Shown here piece after piece: positions 39,260 through 48,904 of a stretch of 64,000 nt of DNA. The DNA comes from a virus. Taxonomy: Duplodnaviria > Caudoviricetes. The position numbers and the translations under genes are program-made. Below the pieces are notes generated by a model, which made no database searches, was not told the origin of the DNA, and worked only from the letters and a program-made list of their open reading frames with translations. Each line of letters starts with the position of its first letter. Within the stretch, counting starts at the first letter, position 1. The DNA lies in the IMG/VR virus record IMGVR_UViG_3300014208_000024, positions 256,001 to 320,000 of that record; one strand, written 5' to 3'.

Positions 39260-40039
39260 ATGAAAATTATAATTATGGAAAATTATTACGTCTATGTTTA
39301 TTTGAATCAGTTAAAACCAGGTAGCTGGTTTTTTAGAGAACATAAATTTATTTATCAACCTTTTTATGTTGGTAAAGGAAAAAATAAAATAGAAAAATCT
39401 CATTTATATCCTTCAAATCTTAAAAATAAATCTCATAAAAATAATATTATTAAGGAAATAATAAAAAAAATCGGAGAAGAACCTATTCACATAAGACTTT
39501 ATGAAAACATTTCCAACGAAGATGCGGTAAAAATAGAAGCTGAATTTATTAAGTGTTTTGGAAGATTAGATGATAAAACTGGAATATTAACAAACTTGAC
39601 AGATGGAGGAGAGGGAATAAATAATTTTTATGACAAAAACATTTCAAAGCCATGGGCAAGAAAAAAAATATATCAATATACATTAGATGGTGTTTTTGTA
39701 AAAGAATGGGAAAGTATATCAAGCGTTGATATTGGATGGAAACAACCATCAAATATATCTACTGCAATAAAAAAAGGTGGAACATGGGGAAATTCTATTT
39801 GGTCTTATGTAAAAGAGGTGAGTGTAAAGCCTAGAATAAAAAATCAAATGAAAGTTACTTATAAAAACATTGAGCAGATTGACAAAAAAACTGGAAAAGT
39901 ACTAAATGTTTTTGAAAATGCTTTGGATGCTGAAAGAGTATTAAAACTAAGACGTGGAGCAAGAAATAAAATTTATGATTGTTTTAAAGGTGTGTTAAAA
40001 ACAGCATACGGTTATAAATGGAAATTAAAAAAACAATAA
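39260..40039 (+). mobile_element. GIY-YIG-type (LEM-3-like) homing endonuclease with NUMOD1 repeats
   Basis: YYVYVYL..PFYVGKG..ILTNLTDGGEG; IYQYTLDGVFVKEW; AYGYKWK. Confidence 0.85.
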
Positions 40040-40040
40040 A

Positions 40041-40862
40041 ATGGAAACAAAAAATCTATCAGAATGGTGTAAGTGGCTTGAGAAAAACTTTTCTCCAGAA
40101 ATAATGATTCCCACACTGCCAGTTATTATCAGGCTAGACGGCAATAACTTTCACAACTGGACCAAGGGATTAAATCGTCCATTTGATGAGGGTTTAACAA
40201 ATTTAATGATCGACACAACCAAGTTTTTAGTAAAAGAAACTGGCGCTGTTATTGGATACACACAATCAGATGAAATAACTCTTGTTTTATATTCTTCTGA
40301 TAGAAAAACTCCAATCTATAATGATGGAAAAAAACAAAAAATATTGTCAAAACTTACAGTTAAGTGTGTAAATTATTTTAACACAAGCAGACAAAACTTT
40401 CTCCCAAATCACAATAAAATTGCAGTATTTGATTGCAGAATATATCAAACTCCAACACTGCACGATGCGGCAGTACAGTTATTGTGGAGAGAAAATGATG
40501 CAACAAAAAATAGTATATCATCCCTAGCTCAAAGTTTGTTTTCTCACGATTCTCTACAAAATCTTGACGGAAATCAAATGCAAGATAAAATGATGTTGGA
40601 AAAAAACGTTAATTGGAATGATTTGCAAACAAAATTCAAAAGAGGAACCTATGTTAAAAGAACAAGAACCTCTAAACCGTTTACTGTTCAAGAATTAGAA
40701 TCTCTTCCTAAAAATCACAACGCACGTAAAAATCCAAACCTGGTCATTGAAAGAAATGTTATTTCAGTAATTGAATTACCAATTTTTAACAAAATTACAA
40801 ACAAGGCTGGAGTTGTATTCTTTGATGAAAATCCAATATTAGGTGAAGAAGTTAATTCGTAA
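40041..40862 (+). CDS. tRNA(His) guanylyltransferase Thg1-like protein
   Basis: IIRLDGNNFH..RPFD, GYTQSDEI, FDCRI..P, NWNDL..FKRG. Confidence 0.9.
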   Translation: METKNLSEWCKWLEKNFSPEIMIPTLPVIIRLDGNNFHNWTKGLNRPFDEGLTNLMIDTTKFLVKETGAVIGYTQSDEITLVLYSSDRKTPIYNDGKKQKILSKLTVKCVNYFNTSRQNFLPNHNKIAVFDCRIYQTPTLHDAAVQLLWRENDATKNSISSLAQSLFSHDSLQNLDGNQMQDKMMLEKNVNWNDLQTKFKRGTYVKRTRTSKPFTVQELESLPKNHNARKNPNLVIERNVISVIELPIFNKITNKAGVVFFDENPILGEEVNS

Positions 40863-40867
40863 ATCAC

Positions 40868-41965
40868 ATGAAAACTATTTTAGTGGCTATTTCTGGAGGA
40901 ATTTCTGCATACAAAGCTGCAGATGTAATTAGTGGACTTAAACACAATGGATTTGAAGTTCATGTAATTACAACAAAAAACGCATTGGACTTTGTAACCC
41001 CCACTGTTCTCGGAGTAGTATCTGGAGGACACTATGTTACAGATGATAATGTAAATAAAATTGCTCATATTGAAGAAGCTCAAAATTGTGATGCATTCAT
41101 TTGTGTTCCAGCAACAGCAAATATTATTGCGAAATTCGCAATGGGAATTGCTGATGATTTTGTTTCGTCTACTTTTATTGCAATTCCTAATAAAATTCCA
41201 AAAATTATTTGTCCAGCAATGAACACAATAATGTATGAAAACCCCGCTTGTTCTCAAAACCTTAATGTTCTTGAATCTAGAGGATGCTATATTATTGAAC
41301 CTGTTTATGGAGAATTGGCTTGCGGTGTTGTCGGAATAGGAAAACTTCCAAAACCAAGAGATATCGTTAATAAAACAATAGATTTTCTCGATACAAGAAA
41401 GCCATGGCATTGGCCAATTTCTCAAATACCCCAAGGAGTTACTGAAGATTCAAATTCTTTTCTCAGAATAAATATCGAAAGAGAAGTTGAAATACCTGTA
41501 AAATATCATTTCGGAGCTTTTGGTGCAATGAGAAGGTTTGATAGACACAGAGGAGTTGATTTATATGCTCCAGTTGGTACTAAAGTTTCTGCTGTACAAA
41601 AGGGAATTGTAAAAGATATTCGCCCCTGGACAGGAATAAATGCAAATTGTGACTGGTGGAACGATACAGATGCAATTTCTATTGAGGGAGAAGATGGATT
41701 AGTTGTCTATGGAGAAATTAAAGTAAATCCAAAACTTAAAATTGGAAACGAAGTAATGGCTGGAGATTTAATTGGGGAAGTCTTACAAGTTCTTAAAAAA
41801 GACAAAGGTAGACCAACAAGTATGCTTCATTTAGAATTAAGAAAACCTGGATTTTATAAAAACATTGACAAAACATGGAACCAAGATTTGCCAGATGGAT
41901 TACTTGATCCCACTCCATTTTTAATAAGATCAATGAAAAATTATCATCATTTTATAAAAATATAA
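40868..41965 (+). CDS. CoaC-like PPC decarboxylase (HFCD flavoprotein) fused to an M23 peptidase-like domain
   Basis: AISGGISAYKA, AHIE, PATANIIAK, PAMNTIMY, ELACG; then HRGVDLYAPVGTKV, YGEI, MLHLELR. Confidence 0.85.
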   Translation: MKTILVAISGGISAYKAADVISGLKHNGFEVHVITTKNALDFVTPTVLGVVSGGHYVTDDNVNKIAHIEEAQNCDAFICVPATANIIAKFAMGIADDFVSSTFIAIPNKIPKIICPAMNTIMYENPACSQNLNVLESRGCYIIEPVYGELACGVVGIGKLPKPRDIVNKTIDFLDTRKPWHWPISQIPQGVTEDSNSFLRINIEREVEIPVKYHFGAFGAMRRFDRHRGVDLYAPVGTKVSAVQKGIVKDIRPWTGINANCDWWNDTDAISIEGEDGLVVYGEIKVNPKLKIGNEVMAGDLIGEVLQVLKKDKGRPTSMLHLELRKPGFYKNIDKTWNQDLPDGLLDPTPFLIRSMKNYHHFIKI

Positions 41966-41968
41966 TTT

Positions 41969-42250
41969 ATGGAACTAATCTATGACGGTTCAAAAATAAC
42001 AGAAGAACATAAGAAAAAAAGAGGTTTATTTTTTTTGGAAGAACTTTTTGTTGGAAATTTTAACTCAATCAGAGCCCCACTTTCTTTGCGAAAAAAAATG
42101 GATTCTGATGTATTTGAAAACATTGAATTAGATATGAAATGTTTTTTTGGAGTAAAAGATGAGTCAAAAATTGTGTTTAAAAATTATACACACTTTAGAA
42201 AAATTTTAAAAAGATCTGGAATTAGTTTAAAACAATATTTTAAAGAATAA
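41969..42250 (+). CDS. Hypothetical protein
   Basis: 93 aa ORF. Confidence 0.6.
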   Translation: MELIYDGSKITEEHKKKRGLFFLEELFVGNFNSIRAPLSLRKKMDSDVFENIELDMKCFFGVKDESKIVFKNYTHFRKILKRSGISLKQYFKE

Positions 42251-42255
42251 AAATT

Positions 42256-42921
42256 ATGAAAGTTTTAATCACAGCAGGTGGAACCCGTGAGCACATTGAT
42301 GAAGTTAGAGTTTTAACAAACATTAGTACTGGTAAACTTGGTGCTCAAATTGCAGACACATTTTCTTATAACAAAGACCTGGATAAGATATATTACATAT
42401 GCAGTAAAGGGTCACAAATTCCAGAGCGTCCAATTTATGATGTTCCAATAGAAATTATATATGCAGATAGTGTTCAGCAAGTTTACGAAACAATGGAAAA
42501 GCTTGTTCCAAAATGTGATGTCGTAATTCACTCCATGGCAATAAGTGACTTTGGATTTAAAACATCAAATATTAAACTAAAAAGTAATGATCCACAGGCT
42601 TTCATAGATTCCCTTAGAGAGCGTATAGTAGTTAATCCGAAGATTATATCGTTCATAAAGAAATGGAACCCTAAAACGAAGCTTGTTGGCTTTAAATTCG
42701 AAGTTGATAAAACACATGATGAATTGATTGAAATTGCGTTTGAATCTTTGTTAAGAAACGAATGTGATTTTGTTGTTGCAAACGACAAAAAAGAAATGAA
42801 AGATAAGAAAGATCACATAGCTTATATTATTGACAAAAACAAAAATGTCATTGAATGCTCTGGAAAACTTGATATATCACTAAAATTAGTAACCAAAGTA
42901 TTAAAAAAAATAAATCTATAA
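42256..42921 (+). CDS. Phosphopantothenate-cysteine ligase (CoaB-like)
   Basis: VLITAGGTREHIDEVRVLTNISTGKLG, MAISDF, VGFKFE, DFVVAND. Confidence 0.88.
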   Translation: MKVLITAGGTREHIDEVRVLTNISTGKLGAQIADTFSYNKDLDKIYYICSKGSQIPERPIYDVPIEIIYADSVQQVYETMEKLVPKCDVVIHSMAISDFGFKTSNIKLKSNDPQAFIDSLRERIVVNPKIISFIKKWNPKTKLVGFKFEVDKTHDELIEIAFESLLRNECDFVVANDKKEMKDKKDHIAYIIDKNKNVIECSGKLDISLKLVTKVLKKINL

Positions 42922-42923
42922 AA

Positions 42924-43155
42924 ATGAAAACAATAGTAAACAAAAAAGTCTGCAAAGAAATATTTGTAGATCAACTTGAAGGTAAAGAAATTGTTGCATA
43001 TAAATGTAAATCCATTGGGGGAATCAAATTCAAAACCAAGATATATGGAAAAAACTTGGTTTGAGTGTGTTCGTCTGGCATCTGAAAGCAGGGAACTTAA
43101 GATTTTTGACAGCATGGAGGAAATGATAAGCGCAATGTTTAATAAAATTTTTTAA
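42924..43155 (+). pseudogene. Small gene split by a frameshift or deletion
   Basis: MKTIVNKKVCKE..AYKCKS in one frame; GESNSKPRY..RELKIFDSMEEMISAMFNKIF* in the +1 frame, with TAATG coupling to the next gene. Confidence 0.4.
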
Positions 43156-43736
43156 TGCAATTTCTAAAAGGAAAATACAAAGAGGTTTTACAAAAGGAAA
43201 AACATTCTCCATTTGGTTTTAATTCAGATATAGAAGATTATATCATAAGAAACGAGTTTAGAACTAAAGTAAGTTGGCATATCCCTTCTCAATCTCTTAT
43301 AAATGAGATGAAAAGGTTTTCTCCTATTGTTTCCGTTGGAGCTGGTCACGCTTATACTGAATTTTTTGCACAAAAGAAAGGGGTAGATATAATAGCAACA
43401 GATATACGTCCAGACGAAAAAAACTTGTGGTGCAAAGGAAAAAAAACATACATACCAGTTGAAAAAATTACAGATAGGAAAGCTGTGCTTAAATATAAAG
43501 ACAGAAATGTTTTTATGGCATGGCCCCCATATTGTCACCCCATGGCAACACAAGTTGCAAAAGCTATGAGACCAGGAAGGGTTTTAATATATGTTGGAGA
43601 AAGTCATGGTGGGTGTACGGCTGGAGATGATTTTTTTAGTTATGCAAGTAATAATTTAGAAAAATTAGAAACTGAAGTAAAGATCGAAAATTGGTTCGGC
43701 ATATATGATAAAGTTTTTTTATACGTTAAAAAATAA
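43155..43736 (+). CDS. Class I SAM-dependent methyltransferase-like protein
   Basis: IVSVGAGHAY, IIATD, FMAWPPY, LIYVGE. Confidence 0.65.
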   Translation: MQFLKGKYKEVLQKEKHSPFGFNSDIEDYIIRNEFRTKVSWHIPSQSLINEMKRFSPIVSVGAGHAYTEFFAQKKGVDIIATDIRPDEKNLWCKGKKTYIPVEKITDRKAVLKYKDRNVFMAWPPYCHPMATQVAKAMRPGRVLIYVGESHGGCTAGDDFFSYASNNLEKLETEVKIENWFGIYDKVFLYVKK

Positions 43737-43787
43737 TTGTTTTTGTAATAATTTTTTTCTATATTTGCATATTAATAAATTTTTTAT

Positions 43788-44657
43788 ATGTTTAAAGTTT
43801 TAGGAAAAAAAATTCACGATTTTTTATTTGGAACAAAAGATAAAGAAAAAATTGAAACTCCTACCCCGATTTTTTCTGCCAGTACAAACTTGTATAATAT
43901 ATTCCAAACAAAAGAAACTCAACAAACAGAAGAATTAGAATTTCCACAAGATGATCCAGAGTTTATTAAAAAGTGTAGAGCCGACGACGAAAATTGGGGA
44001 ATTATTAATCAAGTAAATACAGAAAAATTTGAAAGAAAATTGAATTTTAACGATCCTCTTTTGATAAAAGTTGTAAATATCGAAGAAAATCAAGATTCAA
44101 AAATATTCATTTCTCCAAAACAACTTTGTCAACATTTTAATTTAAAACCAAAACAGTTTTATGCTTGGGAAAAATCAGAAAACAAATTATATAACAAAAA
44201 ATATAAATTGGAGATCATAAGTTTTCCAATAGATAAAGAAAAATATTCTATTGAAAAAATAAATTACACAAAAATTTCTGACGAAGAGGGAAAATTAGAT
44301 ATCCATATAATTCCAAAAAAAGGAGTTCAATTTATTCAAACAGATTTTAAAGTTACACCAAGCGGAACATTCTTTGATTCTGGAACTCGTCTTGCAATAA
44401 GAATAAAAAACTTACGGAAAAGAAAATTTATAAGTGTTGCTGAGAAATGTCCAGAACTTATTAAAGAGTGGGATGAACTAAATAACGGAGTTTCAATAGA
44501 TAAAGTTCCTCATGCCTTAAAAGAAAAAGCATTTTGGATTTGTCAACACTGTGGTGCACGATACGAAAGACGTATTGATGATAGAACAAGAAATCCAAAA
44601 CCAGGTTGTACAAAATGTATAAGAAGAAAAAATAATAATAAAAATTATGAAATTTAA
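43788..44657 (+). CDS. Protein with C-terminal DUF4379-type Zn ribbon
   Basis: PELIKEWDELNN..AFWICQHCGARYERRIDDRT..GCTKC. Confidence 0.7.
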   Translation: MFKVLGKKIHDFLFGTKDKEKIETPTPIFSASTNLYNIFQTKETQQTEELEFPQDDPEFIKKCRADDENWGIINQVNTEKFERKLNFNDPLLIKVVNIEENQDSKIFISPKQLCQHFNLKPKQFYAWEKSENKLYNKKYKLEIISFPIDKEKYSIEKINYTKISDEEGKLDIHIIPKKGVQFIQTDFKVTPSGTFFDSGTRLAIRIKNLRKRKFISVAEKCPELIKEWDELNNGVSIDKVPHALKEKAFWICQHCGARYERRIDDRTRNPKPGCTKCIRRKNNNKNYEI

Positions 44658-45444
44658 AGACGAACTCAGGCAAATTAAAAATATCAAAAAAGCTTATGTC
44701 CAATTATGGAAAGGCGATTTTGCAAACGAAGCAACTTATATTGCTTTTATGGGATGTGAATTTCTTAAGATTCCGACACAAAGATTTCACATAGAGGACA
44801 TGGGTACATTAGAAATTGACAAAGATACTGTGGTTTTTGGAGGAGTTACAGCTGTAAGAACTGGATTGTCAATGATTGGAGCAGAACTTCCAAAACCTCT
44901 TGATATTCCAGAAGAACTTTATCCATATACAAAAAGAAATATAAGATTGGGAACTATAAAATCTTTTATGGAAGAAAAAAATTTCCCACTTTTTGTTAAG
45001 CCAAGACTACCAAAATTGTTTACTGGAGCAGTTGTTTGTAGTGCTGAAGAATTAGAATTGTTCAAATATCTTCATACAGATGATTTGGACATGGAAATTA
45101 TGGCCTCTGATGTTGTTAAATTCGTTTCTGAATATAGAACATTTGTTTTGGAAGGACACCCTTATGATTGTAGAAAATATAGCGGAAATCACAGAATAAC
45201 ACCAGATTTCAATTTTATTGAAGAAACTATAAAAGCATATAAAACTGCGCCAGTGGCTTATGGTATTGACTTTGGAGTAACAGACAAAGGGGAAACTATG
45301 TTAATAGAAGCTAATGATGGTTACTCCCTGGGAACTTATGGCTTTGATTGCTATAATTATGTTAGAATGTGCATACTTCGCTGGAATCAAATTCTAAATA
45401 ATGAACAGTTTTTTAAAGAAGGTGATAAAATAGAAATTATGTAA
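44647..45444 (+). CDS. ATP-grasp domain protein (R2K/DUF4343-like)
   Basis: FVKP..KLFTG, SEYRTFV, AYGIDFG, LIEANDGYSLG. Confidence 0.8.
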   Translation: MKFKDELRQIKNIKKAYVQLWKGDFANEATYIAFMGCEFLKIPTQRFHIEDMGTLEIDKDTVVFGGVTAVRTGLSMIGAELPKPLDIPEELYPYTKRNIRLGTIKSFMEEKNFPLFVKPRLPKLFTGAVVCSAEELELFKYLHTDDLDMEIMASDVVKFVSEYRTFVLEGHPYDCRKYSGNHRITPDFNFIEETIKAYKTAPVAYGIDFGVTDKGETMLIEANDGYSLGTYGFDCYNYVRMCILRWNQILNNEQFFKEGDKIEIM

Positions 45445-45492
45445 CCTTTTTTGTTTTTTTTCGTATAGTGTTAAAATTCAAAAAATATAATT

Positions 45493-45813
45493 ATGGCAAT
45501 TTCGTACATAGATGTAAAAGATGAATATGAGAAAAAAATGAATTCTCCTCTTTCACAACACGAACTTTCAGCTGTTGCTGAAATAGAAAAAATTATAGAC
45601 AATAAAATTCTTAAAAATTTTGATGATGGCGAATTAATGTTTTCCATAAGAGATGTAAATTTTAACACATTTCATCAAAGAAGATCAAAGCTCATGTTTT
45701 CTGAGCTCGAAAGAAGATATAAATCTGTTGGATGGAAAACAAGAATTTATAGTACCGATGATGATGGACCAAATCGCCCCAGCTTCACCTATTGGGTTTT
45801 ATTCGGAAAATAA
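45493..45813 (+). CDS. Hypothetical protein
   Basis: 106 aa, AAC-N16-CGTATA upstream. Confidence 0.7.
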   Translation: MAISYIDVKDEYEKKMNSPLSQHELSAVAEIEKIIDNKILKNFDDGELMFSIRDVNFNTFHQRRSKLMFSELERRYKSVGWKTRIYSTDDDGPNRPSFTYWVLFGK

Positions 45814-45839
45814 TTATATAAATTTAAATTTTTAATTAT

Positions 45840-46313
45840 ATGAAAAAGATTATTCTTTTTTTAATTTCAACGTTTATTTTCAACTTTTGTTTTCCTCAAA
45901 ATTATATTGGAAAATGTTCCACTGAAATAATTGTGCAAGAAACGTGGTTGTTGAGCAAAGACTCTACTGAATCATGGGAAAAAAAGAATTTAAAAATAGA
46001 TGTTACAAGACTAAGGAAAGAGGGAAAAATGACAATTCACGATCCTGACAATTTTAAAGTAATTACATGCTATTTTCAAAAAGATACGTGCAATTCATTT
46101 ATGATTGTTTATTATAATCTTAATAGACCATATGTGGAGAAAATGTTAAAGAAAAAATATAACTATAACGGACAGGATTCTTGGATATGTTGTTCAGAAA
46201 ATAAACACATAGAATTATGTTTTATGGAAAATCCAGGAGAAATATTCGTTGTAGAAGTTTGTCATTATTTATCGTCAAATCAAATAATAAAAGAAGGAAA
46301 ATCAAAATTATAA
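45840..46313 (+). CDS. Hypothetical exported protein
   Basis: Signal peptide MKKIILFLISTFIFNFCFPQ. Confidence 0.65.
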   Translation: MKKIILFLISTFIFNFCFPQNYIGKCSTEIIVQETWLLSKDSTESWEKKNLKIDVTRLRKEGKMTIHDPDNFKVITCYFQKDTCNSFMIVYYNLNRPYVEKMLKKKYNYNGQDSWICCSENKHIELCFMENPGEIFVVEVCHYLSSNQIIKEGKSKL

Positions 46314-46317
46314 AATT

Positions 46318-47511
46318 ATGCAATCACAACACATTAAACTAAATGAAATCATTTGGGAAATTACTGGAGAATGTCATAACGGATGTTCATATTGTGGATC
46401 AAAAGAAGTTTGTAAATTAAAAACAAGCCCAGAAACTATTTTAAAAATTGCTGAAGCAATTGCTCAATATCCACCAGAGCAAATTGACATAAGTGGCGGA
46501 GATCCAATTCTTATTGAATATTCAGTCCACAAACAGGTTGTCGATATTTTAAAGGAAAAAAAAGTGATTTGCAAAATTATTGTAAGTCCCAACTCTTTAA
46601 TTATTAATAATGAACCAAATGATAATGCATTCATGGTTATGCAATTTTATGATTGGATTGGAATATCTGTAAACAACAAAAAAGAACTCGAAAAATTTCA
46701 ATCATATCAATTATCTTGCGCTGGAATAAATAAGATAAAAAATTATACAGTTATTACAAACTTTAACATTCAAAACCTTTATGACTTTGATTTAATTGAA
46801 GAATTTGTAAAACAAAATGATAAAATATGGACAATACAATTCACTGTATACAACGATCCATCCAATCCATTGGCATTATATCACCCAGACAACGAAGCTG
46901 CTTTCAACACCTTGAAAGAAAAAGTGGAAAAAAGTACAGCGAAAATCATTCTTTCTGATAACATAAGAAACGACATTGGATGTGGAGCTGGAATTAATTC
47001 AATTGGAATCACTTCTGATGGAACAGTTATTCCTTGTCTATCAATGAGAAGCTGGACAAGCCCACTAAAAGAAAAAGGATTGTTTAATATTCTTTCAACG
47101 CCATTAGAAAAAATTTGGATAAATGGATTTAAAGCACAAAGATTTGGATGTTTTAAATGCTGCAAAGATGCATGCAATAACAAATTTTTGACACAGAAAA
47201 GTGATTTTGAAAAAAAGATGTTTGAGCTAGCTACTCCAACAATAGAGAACAAAGAAATGGATTGGAAAAAATTTCTTGAAGATCTTCAAAAACAAACACC
47301 ACCACAGCCACCATTTAGTCCAATGGAACAAACTGTTATGTACGCAGTACAATTTCCCAGACAACAACAAACTCTAATGTATGCAGTTCCATGCGGAAGA
47401 GGAAACGTATATGCTTATGCGGTTTTTATGGATAGAACTGTTTATGATAACTCTATTCCATTAGATTCTTCGACAAATATATCTTCAACCACCGAACCAG
47501 AAATAAAATGA
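46318..47511 (+). CDS. Radical SAM/SPASM-twitch enzyme with C-terminal xYAV repeat tail
   Basis: WEITGECHNGCSYCGS (CxxxCxxC), ISGGDP, CGAG..GITSDGTVIPC, CFKCCKDAC; tail TVMYAV, TLMYAV, VYAYAV. Confidence 0.88.
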   Translation: MQSQHIKLNEIIWEITGECHNGCSYCGSKEVCKLKTSPETILKIAEAIAQYPPEQIDISGGDPILIEYSVHKQVVDILKEKKVICKIIVSPNSLIINNEPNDNAFMVMQFYDWIGISVNNKKELEKFQSYQLSCAGINKIKNYTVITNFNIQNLYDFDLIEEFVKQNDKIWTIQFTVYNDPSNPLALYHPDNEAAFNTLKEKVEKSTAKIILSDNIRNDIGCGAGINSIGITSDGTVIPCLSMRSWTSPLKEKGLFNILSTPLEKIWINGFKAQRFGCFKCCKDACNNKFLTQKSDFEKKMFELATPTIENKEMDWKKFLEDLQKQTPPQPPFSPMEQTVMYAVQFPRQQQTLMYAVPCGRGNVYAYAVFMDRTVYDNSIPLDSSTNISSTTEPEIK

Positions 47512-47801
47512 AAAAAGAAGACATAGAAAAAATACTTCCACTTTTCAAAAAATATTCTGATAGAGATTTTGATTCCGTTTATATAAAAGGACCAAAAAAA
47601 GCAGAATGGTATTTTCATAAAGGCGAAGATTATTTTCAAATTATAATATTCGAAGAAGATAATTCAGTTTATCAATTAGACACAGAGGCAGATACATTTG
47701 GAATAGAACTTGAAACCATAGAGTCTCTACAAATAAGATTTGAATCATTTACTGGGGAAAAATTAGAAAATATCGATCCATCTTGGGACGAAATAGAATA
47801 A
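47508..47801 (+). CDS. Hypothetical acidic protein
   Basis: 97 aa, ATGA overlap with the rSAM gene. Confidence 0.65.
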   Translation: MKKEDIEKILPLFKKYSDRDFDSVYIKGPKKAEWYFHKGEDYFQIIIFEEDNSVYQLDTEADTFGIELETIESLQIRFESFTGEKLENIDPSWDEIE

Positions 47802-47867
47802 AAAAACTAATTAACCTAACTTTTATTTAATTTTCTCGTATAACCCTATACAGAGAATAAAATAAAT

Positions 47868-48164
47868 ATGTATAGTTTTGAAATTACAAGGTTAATGGTG
47901 TTTACAAAAGAAAAATCAAAAATTAATGATTTTTTCATAAAATATAATCATTTCTTTGAGGAAATTTCTTCTATAAATAATTCGTTTTTAATCATTTCAA
48001 TACTTTCAAAACAAGAACTTGAAAGTTTGCTTGAAAAACATTTAAACAACTTTTGTGTATTTCAACTTGAAAAACAAACAATAAACGAATTGCTTGATAA
48101 AATATCAACAAGCGGGGAAGTTACATTAAGTGATAGAAAACAATTGAGTTATTTAACCAGATAA
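47868..48164 (+). CDS. Hypothetical protein
   Basis: 98 aa, AAC-N16-CGTATA at 47818. Confidence 0.65.
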   Translation: MYSFEITRLMVFTKEKSKINDFFIKYNHFFEEISSINNSFLIISILSKQELESLLEKHLNNFCVFQLEKQTINELLDKISTSGEVTLSDRKQLSYLTR

Positions 48165-48814
48165 GATAAAATTTCATCCTGCAGTTTTTCATCCACCTTT
48201 TCCATAAACCCATAAACATCATAACTTACATCTGGGTTGTTTTTTTTGTATATTCTTTCATTTTTCTCATCTACAATCCACTTGGTTCCATTTATAATTA
48301 CTATGTTTTCTTTTGGCTTTTCTACTGCAGCTACACTGGAACGAATTTTTGTTTGCAACCTAACCAAATCTTTTTCAGTTAAATTAAAATCAGATTTCTT
48401 TTCATTAATAATATAATCCTTAATTCTATCTATGGTTAAGTGTATTTGTGTGTTTTTTGGAACGTAATTCATATCACCAAACACAATAGTTTCTAAGTCA
48501 TTTGCCCTTATAACAACCCAAACAAACCTTCCTTCGGAATGTTCAACCTTTCCATCAATAACATTATGATATACATAAACACTTGGACCCTTTAACAAAA
48601 GAACTCCAACGTTATCTTGTCCTGGAAATCTTACTTTTTTTAAGAATTCAATTCCATTACGTACAACATCTTGTAGTTCTTTTTTTTCTTTGGTAAAATT
48701 AGTAAAATCACTTTGTAGTCTGTCAAAAATCCTTTGTTTAAAATGTCCCTTATCATTAGCCTCTAAAAAGTTGCTTACTATTTCTTTTATTATTTTTTTA
48801 ATTTTATCTTTCAT
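48149..48814 (-). CDS. Hypothetical late protein with N-terminal tag
   Basis: MKDKIKKIIKEIVSNFLE; TATTTATA at 48829. Confidence 0.75.
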   Translation of the reverse strand: MKDKIKKIIKEIVSNFLEANDKGHFKQRIFDRLQSDFTNFTKEKKELQDVVRNGIEFLKKVRFPGQDNVGVLLLKGPSVYVYHNVIDGKVEHSEGRFVWVVIRANDLETIVFGDMNYVPKNTQIHLTIDRIKDYIINEKKSDFNLTEKDLVRLQTKIRSSVAAVEKPKENIVIINGTKWIVDEKNERIYKKNNPDVSYDVYGFMEKVDEKLQDEILSYLVK

Positions 48815-48904
48815 AAAATCACTTTTGTTATAAATATTAAAAAAAATAGTAACTTTTATTAAAATTTTTCGTATATAAAAAAAATTTATTAATAATATTT
48901 GAAA

